DNA of 59,795 nucleotides from Ancylonema sp. (taxonomy: Eukaryota): NCBI GenBank assembly GCA_050230475.1, contig JBFLGF010000009.1:62001-121795 (forward strand), in the 5' to 3' direction. Of this stretch, positions 23,301 to 35,286 are shown piece by piece. Position numbers and translations under genes: made by a program. A model generated the notes under the pieces. That model did not search any database. It saw only the letters and a list, made by a program, of their open reading frames with translations, and was not told the DNA's origin. Each line of letters starts with the position of its first letter. The stretch's first letter is position 1.

Positions 23301-24465
23301 TTCGCGATCAATGTCGCCTTCCCTGCAGCGAGTAGCAGAGGTGGAGGACGACCTATGATTTGAGGAGTGCCAGGTCCTCTTAGAGCATGTGAGAGGTTTT
23401 CTGGTGTAATGATCCAAAGCTGGGAGTGCTAAGTGATTTCATGACCATATAAAGGTAGGCTCATGTCCCGTCACTGCAGAGCAAGATTGCGTGAAACGAG
23501 GGAACCAACTGTTGATGTATTGGTTGGTTGGTTATGAGTCGACTCGAACCCAGCATGCTCTTCCCTGGACTCTGGCAAAATCCGTGCGTGCAGCTGTGGC
23601 GAATCAGCTTATAGTCATTACTACCCGTAATACCCAATCTGGTGCAGGACTATGCTGGACTTACCCTCCTTGAGAAACTTGTCCAGAACCTCCTTCACAT
23701 CGGCAATGGCCAGAACGAAATCACCCTTCTTATCTCCAGAACAGAATCTTAACGCCATCTGAAACTCTGTTGCCTGGACGCGATTATTGGGCAGTACTGT
23801 GATGGGGCTAAGGGGACTGCGGCCTGATCGAGCCGCCACGAGCATAGATTTCGGCAGATTTCGAATTTCTACATGATGCTTTGTTGTGCCATCTTTCATG
23901 AAGCCTAAATCCCCTTTCTTCCGCTCTATCTGGGTTGTAATGGTGAAGCAACCTAAAGGAGGAGTATCCATGGATGTGAGTTGGTTTTCCGCGAGGCGTT
24001 TCCATGATGTCTCTAAAGTATTCTGCTTCGTGCGCGAAATTTGCATCGCTGCTGGCGAGTGTGAGGTATTCTTCCGGTTCACGGTATGCATCTGAAGACC
24101 GAATAAAGTGCAGTCTTCATTAGATCTCCGGTCCGCTTAGCCGTGACCTTGCGCACAAAGTTTTTGTGGCGCTGCTGTGCTTTCTGAGGCTCACTGCACC
24201 ACCTTTTCACTCCACTTCGCTTCAAAAAAACAAATTTTGAACAGGTGGCAGGCTTCCCGCCAAATATATTTCGGATCCAAGAATCTCTTTTAGAAAGTGA
24301 ATCTCTTCCATGTTTCGATCGAGGAGGCCCGGAATCGACCGCGTTGCAGTCTTTAATAATCTTTTTAAGTCCAATCGACCCGTCGATTTCGAAGCTCTGT
24401 GATGAGTTGTTCTTTGAGACCATCCCCAGATGACGAGGAGGCGCAACTCTTCCCGTTCCCGCCAT
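20368..24465 (-). CDS. Long charged coiled-coil protein with a C-terminal NFKBIL1-like (J-like) domain
   Basis: Spliced ORFs at about 24465-24148, 24091-23665, 23400-23108, 22264-21641, 21386-21060 and 20737-20368. E/K/R/A-rich helices. The last exon has FPWPP...MLLRWHSDKF..RL.ESEK..I..KALEVAK.LT, like the WPxx..LRWHPDKF C-terminal family motif. Start and some exon boundaries are uncertain. Confidence 0.65.
22986..23043 (+). repeat. Intronic tandem repeat (CTACTGAA)n
   Basis: About 7 perfect 8-nt units. Confidence 0.95.
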
Positions 24466-27400
24466 TTCCAGCCATCGCCGATAACAAGTCCCCATCCCCA
24501 AAAGTGCACGACTCCAGTCCCATCTTCACCCATTTCGACCTTACCAACCCCGCTCATCCCTTCCATTCCCTTGACTACACGTGTCCATCCCAACTGACAC
24601 CTGTCTATTCCTATCCACCCCCGTCCAACATTGTCCATGCGTATCTTGATGTCTTGTCATATACTGATTATTTGCGCTTACGTATGCAAGGCACGCCATT
24701 GAAGTGCACCTTTATTCGCGTGCTTGTGCAAAGCACATAAAATTTACACCTTGGCAATGACGATCGATGTTGTGACTCGAGGTGACAATCGATGAGCGCT
24801 AAAATGTGGGGCTTAAGTGGGTTCGGTGTAGTACTTGCGTGTAGCTCTTGCGAGTTTATAAGTGCAACGTTACGATTAAATTCAGAGAAAAGTTGTTGTT
24901 TTTGTGTACTATTGTCAATACAAACACTACATCACACAACAAAATTGGCCACACTCTACAACATTGGTTACAAAAATTTATCTTCATCATAGTGGACTTG
25001 AGGTTTCAAGCTTGGAGACATGCATGTTCGACATATGAAATGAGGACCTTGCATTCTTTTCTTCGGAAGTGTATATAGATCGCTACTTCTTACGACGAGA
25101 GATTCGAAGAGCTGATTATATACAAATATCAAATCGAACTACGAAATGGAGCAGGCCTTGTATACCAACACGGTAAAATTAAACGCCTCCACAAGTAGAA
25201 GATTTCTCCCTTTCCGGGTGTACTCTCATCAGCAACGTTTGTCATCAGTATCTTACTCGACACGCCGCAACTTTCTGTCATACCTGCAGACCTCCGGACA
25301 GCACAGGGATGTAAGCATACGAGCAATAAAAAAAAAGACATTCGGAAAATGCATACAGAAATAATCCACCGCAAAAGCCACCCTATCTCCTAAAGCGACA
25401 ACCGAACAAGACTGCCGAGGAAACACAATACATGACGTCTCCACACGATTGGCTGACAGCGATCTAGTTCCCCTTTACTTCTGGCCCTTTCTCTTCTATC
25501 AAACCTGGCAGCCGTCAAGCAGGTGATGACTCACCTCCTTTTGGTGAGACATTGTGCGATAGGCCACTGGATTGCCTTCCTTGGGGGCGCGGTTTCGGGC
25601 AGTAAACACCTCCCCCTCTCTGGCTCGCCGAGGCTCACCTGCCCACCGTACGTATAGAGAGGGGAGAGAAACAAGAGTGGTAAGATTCCTGGTTGTAACG
25701 ATATCAATCGTTATAGCCATCGTTATCAGACTCATGCCCAATCTGGTGCTCACTGGCTTTCGATACAACAGTTTTTGTACTCTACTGTACGATTGTACGA
25801 ACAGCAGCAGCAGCAGTAGAGCCCGAGTGTTCCCGTTCCATGGGCCGATTCTGGAAGGAAGAAGGAAGCAGAAAGGGAGAGCGAGATAGGTTCACGGACC
25901 CGAGGCATAGCCTGGCTCCTTATCTACGGAGAAGAAGTTCACACCAGCGGCATGGTCCGCCTCTTCCTCATCTGACACCTCAAGGGGAAAGGGCAGAAAG
26001 GGCGTCACATCGCCGTGTGATTGGTTCATTGAGCACCCGGGTTCAGCAGAGGGGACGCCCTTGTTGAGAAGTTGTTCAAAAGACCGACAGTAGAAATCAC
26101 GAGAGCCCTTTTTAATCCATGTGGTTCATTTCCCTGTGGTGCCGTGTGACTGTATCAGATACAGTTTTTAGCGCCCCAAGAACTTGTACGGGAGAAGCAA
26201 AAAGGTTTTGATTCCAAATTGAAACTTATGCGCCTCAAAAGTGGAGCCATGTGGCGCGTCAAGGCCCGTGATTGGCAGGAAAACCGTGCAGGTACTGCTG
26301 ATGGAATTTCACTAATTTCACTATGCTGGTCTTTATCTCGCCCCCCCCCCCCGCCAGTCTTGCAGTCTTTGCCTCATTAAACCCCCCTCACCCGGAGCCC
26401 CGCCATCGTTTTTTAGGAACACCACTTGGGCGCCGTCTCTGGGGACGCGGTTGTGTGCAGTAAACACCTCCCCTTCTCTCGCCCGACGAGGCACCGCTGA
26501 TCACCCCCACCACAAAAAAATGATATGTTAGGAGATCTTCGCCCTACCCATGCCCTCCACTCGCACCCTCCGTTTTCATTCGCCAACTCAAAAGGGGCTG
26601 CTCAGTTTTGTGGGATAGACAAGTGAAGGAGTTGGAAGTTATTCGTTCCAGATGGTGACAAAGCGTTTCGAACCATCAGAGATCGTCGCAAGTCTTGGAT
26701 GTGAAGGACAGGTCACGGTTTTCCAAGGATGTTGGAGTTTTATTGGTGCTTCTGATTCATTGTGCAAAAAGACAGCTGCAGACTGACCAGCTATGTACAT
26801 TCGTTCCGCAGGGTGGAGGCAGAGACTAGGCACAGGAGCCACCATGGATTTGCTTCACGATGGATAATTGGAAAAGCCATCGTCACTCACGAGATCCCTC
26901 CTCGTCTTCTTCTTCCACCCAAAAAAAATAAACTCCAGCAGCGTGCTCCTCTTCCTCCTCCTTGGCAAGCACAGCCGGATCGTGACCCGAGGACTCATTC
27001 AAATGCACCTCTTCGTTCCCTCCTTTCGAGTCCTCTCCATGACTGCTGGAGCATGCACCCTCGTGGCCATGCCCTGCTCGGTCGCAAACATTTTCGTCGA
27101 CTTTCCATTCAGGACCTATATGGCGACAAGTGCTGTTCGACGTTCCCGCGTGTCCACGCACGTCGTCTTCGATCATGTCACCCGAGTGCTCTCTCACGCA
27201 GTGACGCAGAGGGCATTTATCTACCTCAAACCCAATTTCCGACCCTAATTCAGCCTGTGTGAGGGACGTCTTCGAAATGCCAATCGTAGGTGCCAGATCA
27301 GTGTGTGCGTGCTGCTCGAGAGCACCGAAGGTTTGACAACATATCCTAGGATAGCAGAGTCAGAGCTGACTGCAAGCTGGCTATCAGACTTAGGAGACGA

Positions 27401-27965
27401 CAAAGCCGAGTCAGCGCGGACAGCGAATTGAGTCGGAAACTGTCACGTTGTCCACCAGCCTGATCAACTGACGACGTACTCTGCTTGTACAAAATGCTGC
27501 CCTGCCAGGTAACGCATGCTTCCACTCGCAACGGTAAAGCAAACCCTGTGGTATTAGTTTAGGCAGCGGTTCGGTCTATAGGTTTGCACAATTTGATTTG
27601 ATTGCAAGAATTGCCACTGCCATTGATCACTCGAGCATGCAGGATTTTCGGTGTGGCAAAAGTAACGGTTCACTTTCGCCAGGCCACCGTTTCGGCGCTA
27701 TGAAGGCGCAAACACGCAGCGGCAGTGCCTACAGTTTTCCGATGAACACGGGAATGCAATTGAGAATACGTACTCATTGTCGCTGTCTCCTGGGCGAGTC
27801 TTGTGCAACAACTCGTGGCCCACAAAAGACTTGGGACGTTCTGCACGCGTCGAGGAGTGCGATCAGGGGCGCTTCAACCTTCGATATAAAAATTCAGGAG
27901 GTCATATCGAGGTATTGCTTACAAAGTATAGAACAAGGGCTTCCTGCCCCCTTCTTGCCATTTCT

Positions 27966-30900
27966 ATGGCGATGGGCTGCACTGCACCTCCCTTACAGAA
28001 CTGCACCGGATGGAGTTCTTGTGGATCCCTGAATAGCTGCCCGGGTACTAAAAATAGAACATGTCGTAGAGATGACATGTTCAGATATGCAGACAATGTA
28101 ACTAGAAGACATTATGGCGTATGTGCTAATTCTCGTCAGTCCTCTAAAGGGGATGCGCCGGGTGAGTATGGGGGTCCGCCAGTTGATATGAGGATAAGAA
28201 AGAGTTGGGGAACCAATGAGCCGGATCCTCTGACCAACCAATCCGGATAGCTATATATGGAATAAGAAGTGGAAAGAGACGCTGGATTACGATGGAATAA
28301 GAAGTGGAAGGAGACGCTGGATTACGAAGAGAGACAAGAGGCAGAAGCAGCGGAACTGGAGGAGGAGAGAAAGCGGGTAACTCAAATCACCAATCCTTTC
28401 ATATATTTTGGCTCGATAGAGCGCGATGTAACAGAAATGCAGCCACACGACCAAAAGGAAAAAATATGTGGTCTCTGAACGGCAAGAAAGTGGCAATAAT
28501 AGTCATTCATACGAGCGGGACACCCTTGGCATCAACTGGTGCCTCTCTCCTACCCATCCCAGACCATTAATTTGGCCATTCCACATATAATCTTTGGGTG
28601 CTCATTTGTGTCTCGGTTGTCAAGGACGTAAGTCGTATTAAGTTCGTTGTATCAGTCACATGAGGTCTTAAGTTCGTTGTATCGGTCACATCAGGACTTA
28701 TTTCAAGGGCGTGCATGCACATTACTTTTCTCAACCTCGAGTCCCAGCCTTAATTGGAGAGGAACACGACTTTGTGGCTGATTTCATGAACAGCCAGCTG
28801 TGAGCCATGACAGCTATGCTACATGGTATCAGGCACCACTCACTCTCTCAACCAATCTCATTGGCCCCGCAGAAAGCGAAGGATGGAGGGTCCGGATTTC
28901 TCAGTCTTGGGCGGTCGCTGGCACTAGACAGGTGTGTTTTCAGAACCGAAACCGGAATCTTACTCCGCCTCAGCGGGTTGGGATCACGCATGCCTGGGAT
29001 CGGTTGTTATACTCAATCCTTTCCTTGTACTCTGCCTTTATCCAGCATTCACTTCATCCTCTCCTATCACCGAGAACCTCTCTAGCACTAGGCTGACAGT
29101 CTCTGTGGGCCTGCCTCTCATTGGTCGCTGCAGTTTGGAGGTTGACTTGAGTGCGGAGCTGAGTCGGCCGTCTGCTGCCACGCTGAAACGCCAGGTGGTG
29201 CAAGCTAGGCAAGGGGAGATGAGGAGACAGCTGGAGGAGGAGAGCATCAAATGGAGGGCATCACCGACCCGAGGGGAGGAGAAGCAATGGGCGACTGCCA
29301 ATAGATACATCGGGGTACACTTCTCCACCTCAACAAGTTCTGCTTCGATTGAGTTCTGCCACCTGAGTTTTGCCATTTTAGTTTTTCCATCTGAGTTTTG
29401 CCGGCTGAGTGCTGCCAGCACAGCAGCAGCGCTGTGCTTCCATACCTGCCTCTTAACCCTCTTGTGGACGTTTTTTACTGCCAGGAGCGGGGCATTGCAG
29501 AGGGGGGAAAGCAATCCTTGGACCCCGTTGCCACTGCCATGGAAGCAGAAGAGAAGTTCCAGAAGGTAGAGGGGGGGGGCATTTCAAATTCAGATTTTAA
29601 ATATGATCCTCCATGTCAATACGATACCCGTGTTTCGTCCGTGTGCAGTTGAAGTCCGACCTGTTTCTCTACACTTTGGGCGTAGGAGGCGGGTGTCTCG
29701 TGGGTGCCTATGCGACGTACACACCCGAAGTGGCTCTCAGGTACTCCCTCTCCTCCCTCCCACTCGCCACCTGTTTCCTTCCATTCCTGCCCCCTCCCTC
29801 CCCCCCCCTCCCCCCCCCCCCCCCTCTGCACAACAAATGGGTTGGCACAAATGCGAATTGGCGTAAATGATTGATGGGCTCCAACTGGCAAGATGTGGTT
29901 CAGATGTGGTTCAGATGTGGTTCAGATGTGGTTCAGATGTGGTTCAGATGTGGTTCAGATGTGGTTCAGATGTGGTTCAGATGTGGTTCAGAAAATTGGA
30001 ATGACTTTCGGGGATGGTCCATGTGCCTTCTCATAGTGAGGGTGGGTAGGGGGCAGGATGGCTGAAAGGGGGGGTTTTGTCGGGCAGTTACTCTGTGGGA
30101 CTGCTGGGAGCTCTTGCATACATTCGGATGCTGAGTAATTCGGTGGAAGCGATTGGGTCAGCCTCAGTCGCCAGTGCTGCTCTGTGAGTGGCCCACCTGG
30201 CACTTCTCCACCTGTCAACTCACACCTGTCCTCTAGGATGTACCTATGTGGACTGTCGGAGGCATTTGCAGATTATTTTTGTTCTTTTGCCGTTTTTTTT
30301 TGGTACATGAGGCAGGGGATGGTGGTCCGCAGATTTTTCGACACTCGTGACCACATTCTGTTCCTTTGTCATACACATTCACAGAGGCAGGCAGTTTGCG
30401 GAAGGCTGGAAGGTGTTCAAGAAGTGGCATGAGCAAATGAGTGCAATGGTGTGCGTGTGTGTGGGGGGGGTGGTGGTAACAGAGGGGCAGCGGGTCAGCC
30501 GCGTCTTTTTGTTCCCGTGGTTTTGGTGCTCGTTTTCAACCGATGGAATGGGTAAGATGGCAGTGGGTGTTGTGGGCGGGGGTAAGATGATGTGGAGAAA
30601 AGGTTGGAAGCTCGTGGAGTGCATGACTCATACCCGATCTAATTTCTATGCACGTGGATAGGGGGGGAGAAGAATAGGAACTCATTGTTTGACGTGGGAG
30701 GCCATCGAATCTATTGGGACTGGGTGCAAAATCTCGCCCCAAATCGAACTTCGAAACGGGGTGAGATCGAGAAGCTGGCTGTATGCTAGGTGCTTTTCAC
30801 AAGGGAGGTTGTAGGTTTTAGGTTGTAGGTTGTACATTTCAGGTTCATGTCATAGCTGTTAGGTCCTTACATTTGACAAGGGGCGTGTCCCTTCTTTGTT

Positions 30901-31044
30901 GACAGACTATTCGCGCCGGACCATGACCTTCCTCTGCTGCAACTTATCCCCATGCTCATCGGCTTCTTCACCTACAAGGCGGCCACGCTGTTGCAAACGT
31001 TTGCTGACGTCATTCAACCCATGGCGCCCAAGAAAATGGAATAA
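27966..31044 (+). CDS. CGL160: CGL160, chloroplast ATP synthase CFo assembly factor with AtpI-like C-terminus; exon 1 has in-frame stops as assembled
   Basis: Motifs in order: GDAPGEYGGPP..IRKSWG..DPLT; WNKKW; SGFLSLGRSLALDSLEVDLSAEL; KWRASPTRGEEKQW; LKSDLFLYTLGVGGGCLVGAYATYTPEVAL; GLLGALAYIRMLSNSVEAI; GQPRLFVPVVLVLVFNRWN; LQLIPMLIGFFTYKAATLLQ..stop 31044. Colinear with recalled plant CGL160. Confidence 0.92.
29891..29992 (+). repeat. Intronic tandem repeat (AGATGTGGTTC)n
   Basis: About 9 perfect 11-nt units. Confidence 0.95.
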
Positions 31045-32327
31045 GATCACATGTCCAAGTTCGATTCCGGGAGACCTCATTCCGGGGAGGGCGGTGCCAT
31101 TGTTTCTTGCAAACTTTGTTCCTACACGATAATGATGTGCTAAACCTTATCTTATTATTTTATCTTATTCTCAAGAGTGAAGGTGTTGTCTCATGTGAGA
31201 AAGATTAAGTTGATTTAGTATTTGAGCATTTGATTAGAACACTAAGTTGTCGACATTAGGTATGGAGAACTCGTCGTCAGAAGGTTTCATGTTTGAATCA
31301 ATATTGACCATTTTTTTTCAATATCGACATCTCAATGACGGCTTTGTATATGATCATTGAGCTTTGCAAGTTTTCCATACGTCACGCAAAACGTTACAAC
31401 AATCAGCCAGCCAATCGATTTATCTTATTTTGACACCACAATGACGGATTTGCACGAACTTTTCAAGTAACCCTATATGATACATAAATTACAAATATAA
31501 CTTTTATGACGTCACGAAATCATGAAAACCCTGTACATCGAGATTTGTCTCGTACAAAAGCCACACACAACGTATGAGGGTCGAGAACCAGTCGAAAATC
31601 AGTGAAATGCAAGGTCTAGGGACATTTCAAAACGGGTACGAGTCGGGTGTCACCGACACGGCAGCAAACGACCGACTCGTACGAAATGCATCTGCGTATC
31701 CGTCGAGCAACTCTGGACCAGAGTTGCTTGTCACAGTTGAGTCAGCTTTCAACTCACGTTGCGCGGATCGATTTGAATGTTTCAAAACGTCTTATTGGAA
31801 CTGGACCGCGAGCCCCAAACGCTCCAGATAGTGCGGGGAACATGCTGTTAAAGATGAGGATAACGTGAGGGAGACAACTACTGTACCCGCGCATGTGCAA
31901 GAGATTTTGAACGTCGCGATGTGAACCTCGCGCTTCATTACAGGGTGAGCGGTGGACATAGACATCCGCGATTCGGCCCTCATGGCTACGTAAGAAATTA
32001 TGGATGAATCGTAGCAGTAGCAGTATACTTTTCCTATTGCAGCGCGTGCACATGTGCCTATTGAGACACTGGAGCACTTAAGGTAATAAAAATGTATGGG
32101 ATGCCTCTTATGGACTATAGCAGAGGGTGGTGAGAAAGTTACGAACGCGTCCGGAGGATGCAAATAGGTCGCTTCGATGCGCAGTGTACATACTTTTCTG
32201 TATTCGTGCACGAGAGAAATTTTGGAACTCATCCTTCCCCGCATGCATTCTGAGGGATATTTTAATTTATTTCATATTTTTAATTTTTAGTCCCACTCTA
32301 ATATACATCCCCTCTCTTGGGCAGTTG

Positions 32328-35286
32328 ATGGCAAGTACTTCAGAGAAAGCGCGAGTCGACCAGATTGTGGGCGAGTTTTTCGCCAAAACTCTGCACATAA
32401 TCCTTGACTCGCGAATACCTCTTCCTTCCCTTCAAGACCGCTCGGAGTCCTCCACCTCTTCAGCCGTTCTCAGAGGCTCCGACAGATGGTTCAACTTAGA
32501 ACTCGACCGGCCGGACCTCATCTCCGAGCATGTTGAGCCATGGAAGCGGTCGTACCTGGAGCCAATGGTCGTGGATATCTTTCTTCGCCAACCAGGCGGC
32601 ACAGACTCGACCCTCCATTCGTCCTCCCAGGTTTCGGTTCCCTCAGGGACCGGCAGCCTAGGTTCAGACATTTCTAATGAGGGGTCAGACAGGGTCAGGG
32701 GCGGTGACGTGTCGATGACTCTGTTAGAGCGCTGGGTAGTGCGCTATGAGCGGAGAGGAAAGCTTTCGCGAAGTGGCAGTGCCGGCAGCTCCCGAGGTCC
32801 AGGGTCTGGTGGGGCCCATATCGTGGCAGAAGGACGCGGGGGAGGAGGAGATGGAATTCTTATCGAGGTGCCCGTTGTGTACAAGCACACGGTCATCATG
32901 CTTCGGTCCCTATACTGTTTAGCGCGGGCCCTGCCTGCACACCGGTTGGCAAAGCTCGCAAAGGCGGCCAGTAACAAGACCTTCTTTCTCACTTACCGCG
33001 TATCGCCCTCCCCTCCCTCACTGACTGATGCTGACGCAGCCGCCATGTCCACCTCCCGACTCACACCTGTAGATACCCCAACCGCCCGCATGTGCCTCTC
33101 CGTGGCCTACCGGCACACGACAGCTGTCACAGCCCTCGAGGTCTCCCCCTCCATCCTACCACACATCATCCCTGACTACATGGGCAGTTTGGGCACAGAC
33201 GCCCTGCGCCGGTACTCCTCTGACGCAGACATTCCGGTGGTAGGATGCGCGTCAGCTGCCCGCGGCGTCCATGTGGTGCCACTTGTCGCCATGGGCCCTT
33301 CCTCTGAACCCCTCAGCCGCCGCCAGAGCTGGGGACTCCCCCAAACACTAACCCGAGCCCAAACCCAAACCCAAACCCAAACCCCTAATCTGGGCAACCC
33401 CTCTCACCCAATGGCTGTCCGGCACGCAGCCAATGAGTACCTCTACTCCACAGCCACCTCCTCCTCCCCGCCCTACTCCCCATCCTCCTCCCCATCCCCT
33501 CCTGCCAACCGTCGAGGAATCTCCACCCTCTCCACTGCCCCCCTGAGCATCCCAGGCACGGGTGGGAATGCACCCCAGCTGCCCATCCTCTATCCCACCA
33601 CCTCCCTTGCTCCCCGTGGAGCCTCCATATCTGCAAGAGACCCCCTCCAGCACTCCCCCTCCAACTTACCCCCCCTTACCCGCAGCCCCAGGTACCATCA
33701 CAGATCCTCCCCACCTCAATGGCAGCCCTCCTCGGCACCTGCGGCCAATCAGAGGAACGCCATGCATCAAGCGACAGGTGGCAGAACGCTGGCGCAGTAT
33801 TACGGAGGGGGGGCGAGGGCTCAGCTGGCAGAAGGCAGCAGTCCGCCGCTGCCTTTTGCCTCCACTCCCATCGCTTCTGCCAGTCTGCTCACCATGGCCC
33901 CAATCGAGGGACAGCTGGCTGCCCTGCAGAGGGCCACCCCTCCCTTTTCGGGCAGGGATGCTTCTGCCCTCGCCCTCGCTCGTCTTCCCTCCTTCGACCT
34001 GAAGTCCAGCCCGCGGTTGAACATATCGGCGCTGGCAGACTCCACTCTCGTGGTCTCTCCTCCTCACCCCTACCACATCGTCCCTCAGGTGAGCACAGGA
34101 GGGCAGAAGAGGGATAATACCTTTGTGATGGCTGTGGCAAAATAACTTTTGCCAGCAGTGTCAGCGCAGTGTTGTCGGCAGCAGTAGATGAGCATGGCAT
34201 GGGGGCATGGGGGCATGAGGCAGACTGTGGTAAGGAGGGGTGTGGGCAAACTCCGGGGGTGTGGGAAATGAGGACAGCAAGATCCCATCAGTCTAAAGAG
34301 GCAATCATACGCTGCCACGTGGCATCATGCCAGCCAATCCTGACCGATCACTTATCCAAAGAAGCGCACACATTCAACTTTCTCTCTTCTCTTCCTGGAT
34401 ATATTCAGGTGTTGGGTTCAGGGAGGGGCTCCTCAGGCCCTCCTTCCAGTGGAGGCCTCTCTGTATTCCGCGTACCACGGCTGGCGTATCTAGAAGGGGG
34501 GCACAGAGAGGGGCAGGGGGGGGGGGCAGAGGAGGAGGAGGAGTTTCTGCTCCCTTTCGCCGTGGATGATGAGGATCTGATGCGACGGAGCAGGTGAGGT
34601 CATGGGATAAGTGGAGGGCATGGGGTCTGTTTTCTGAAAGATTCATGAGCTCATGAAGTGCTCTGGGATTGTCCCAGGCCCTCTGCCCTATGCATGATGC
34701 CTGATGCCTCTGAAGTACACGTGTGTGATCTGGCAGAGTGGGAGGCGTTTCATCACCTGAAGGGGTGAGCGAAGGTATGGAAGGGGGGCACTCTGGGGGG
34801 CCCATGAGCAGCCGCCACGCGCAAGACGCTGCAGTAGGGGCTCTGGTCAGAACACTACGAGCAGCCCCACCCCTGCGGCACATGTCAGGGGGCTGGGGGG
34901 GGGGTGCGGGGGGAAGGGGAGGGTCCCCAGCCACGTCATCCCGCCTGCCCTCGTTGAAGAACAGTCCGGGGGAGGGGGGTGGGAAATGGAGGGGGCTGCT
35001 GAGGGAAGGGTCCGGGAAGGTGTATGGGATGGGGGGAGGAGGGAAGATAGGGGGTGAATACAAGGGGCTGGGAGGAGGGGCTGGGTATGGGGGAGAAATG
35101 TTGGAGGGGCTAGGGCAGGGTGGAGGAAGGAAGGAAATCTGTGATCAAGCTCGGGCTGGGAGGAGCTCTGCTGATGCACTGAGAGAGCTGGCAGAATATA
35201 CCGAAATGAGGGAAGGGTTGCTGAGGCGGCGGGGGGAGGGGGGGTATGAGAAGCACTTCACAGGGGATGTGTCGGTGGATGAATGA
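32328..35286 (+). CDS. ATG13: Autophagy-related protein 13 (HORMA domain plus disordered C-terminus)
   Basis: Exons 32328-34088, 34409-34593 and 34737-35286 are phase-consistent. Motifs: DQIVGEFFAKTLHIILDSRIP, DRWFNLEL, LLERWVVRYE, VYKHTVIMLRSLYCLARALPAHRL, IIPDYMGS, PFAVDD, DAAVGALVRTLRAAPPLR, ADALRELAEYTEMREGLL. Confidence 0.95.

Noticed and set aside
29891..29992. Regular repeat arrays as CRISPR
   Set aside because: Units are 8-11 nt, contiguous and have no spacers; no cas genes; eukaryotic context.
32127..32327. N-terminal extension of the ATG13 ORF
   Set aside because: Starts at a non-ATG codon and is T-rich, intron-like sequence ending in CAG; homology starts at ATG 32328.
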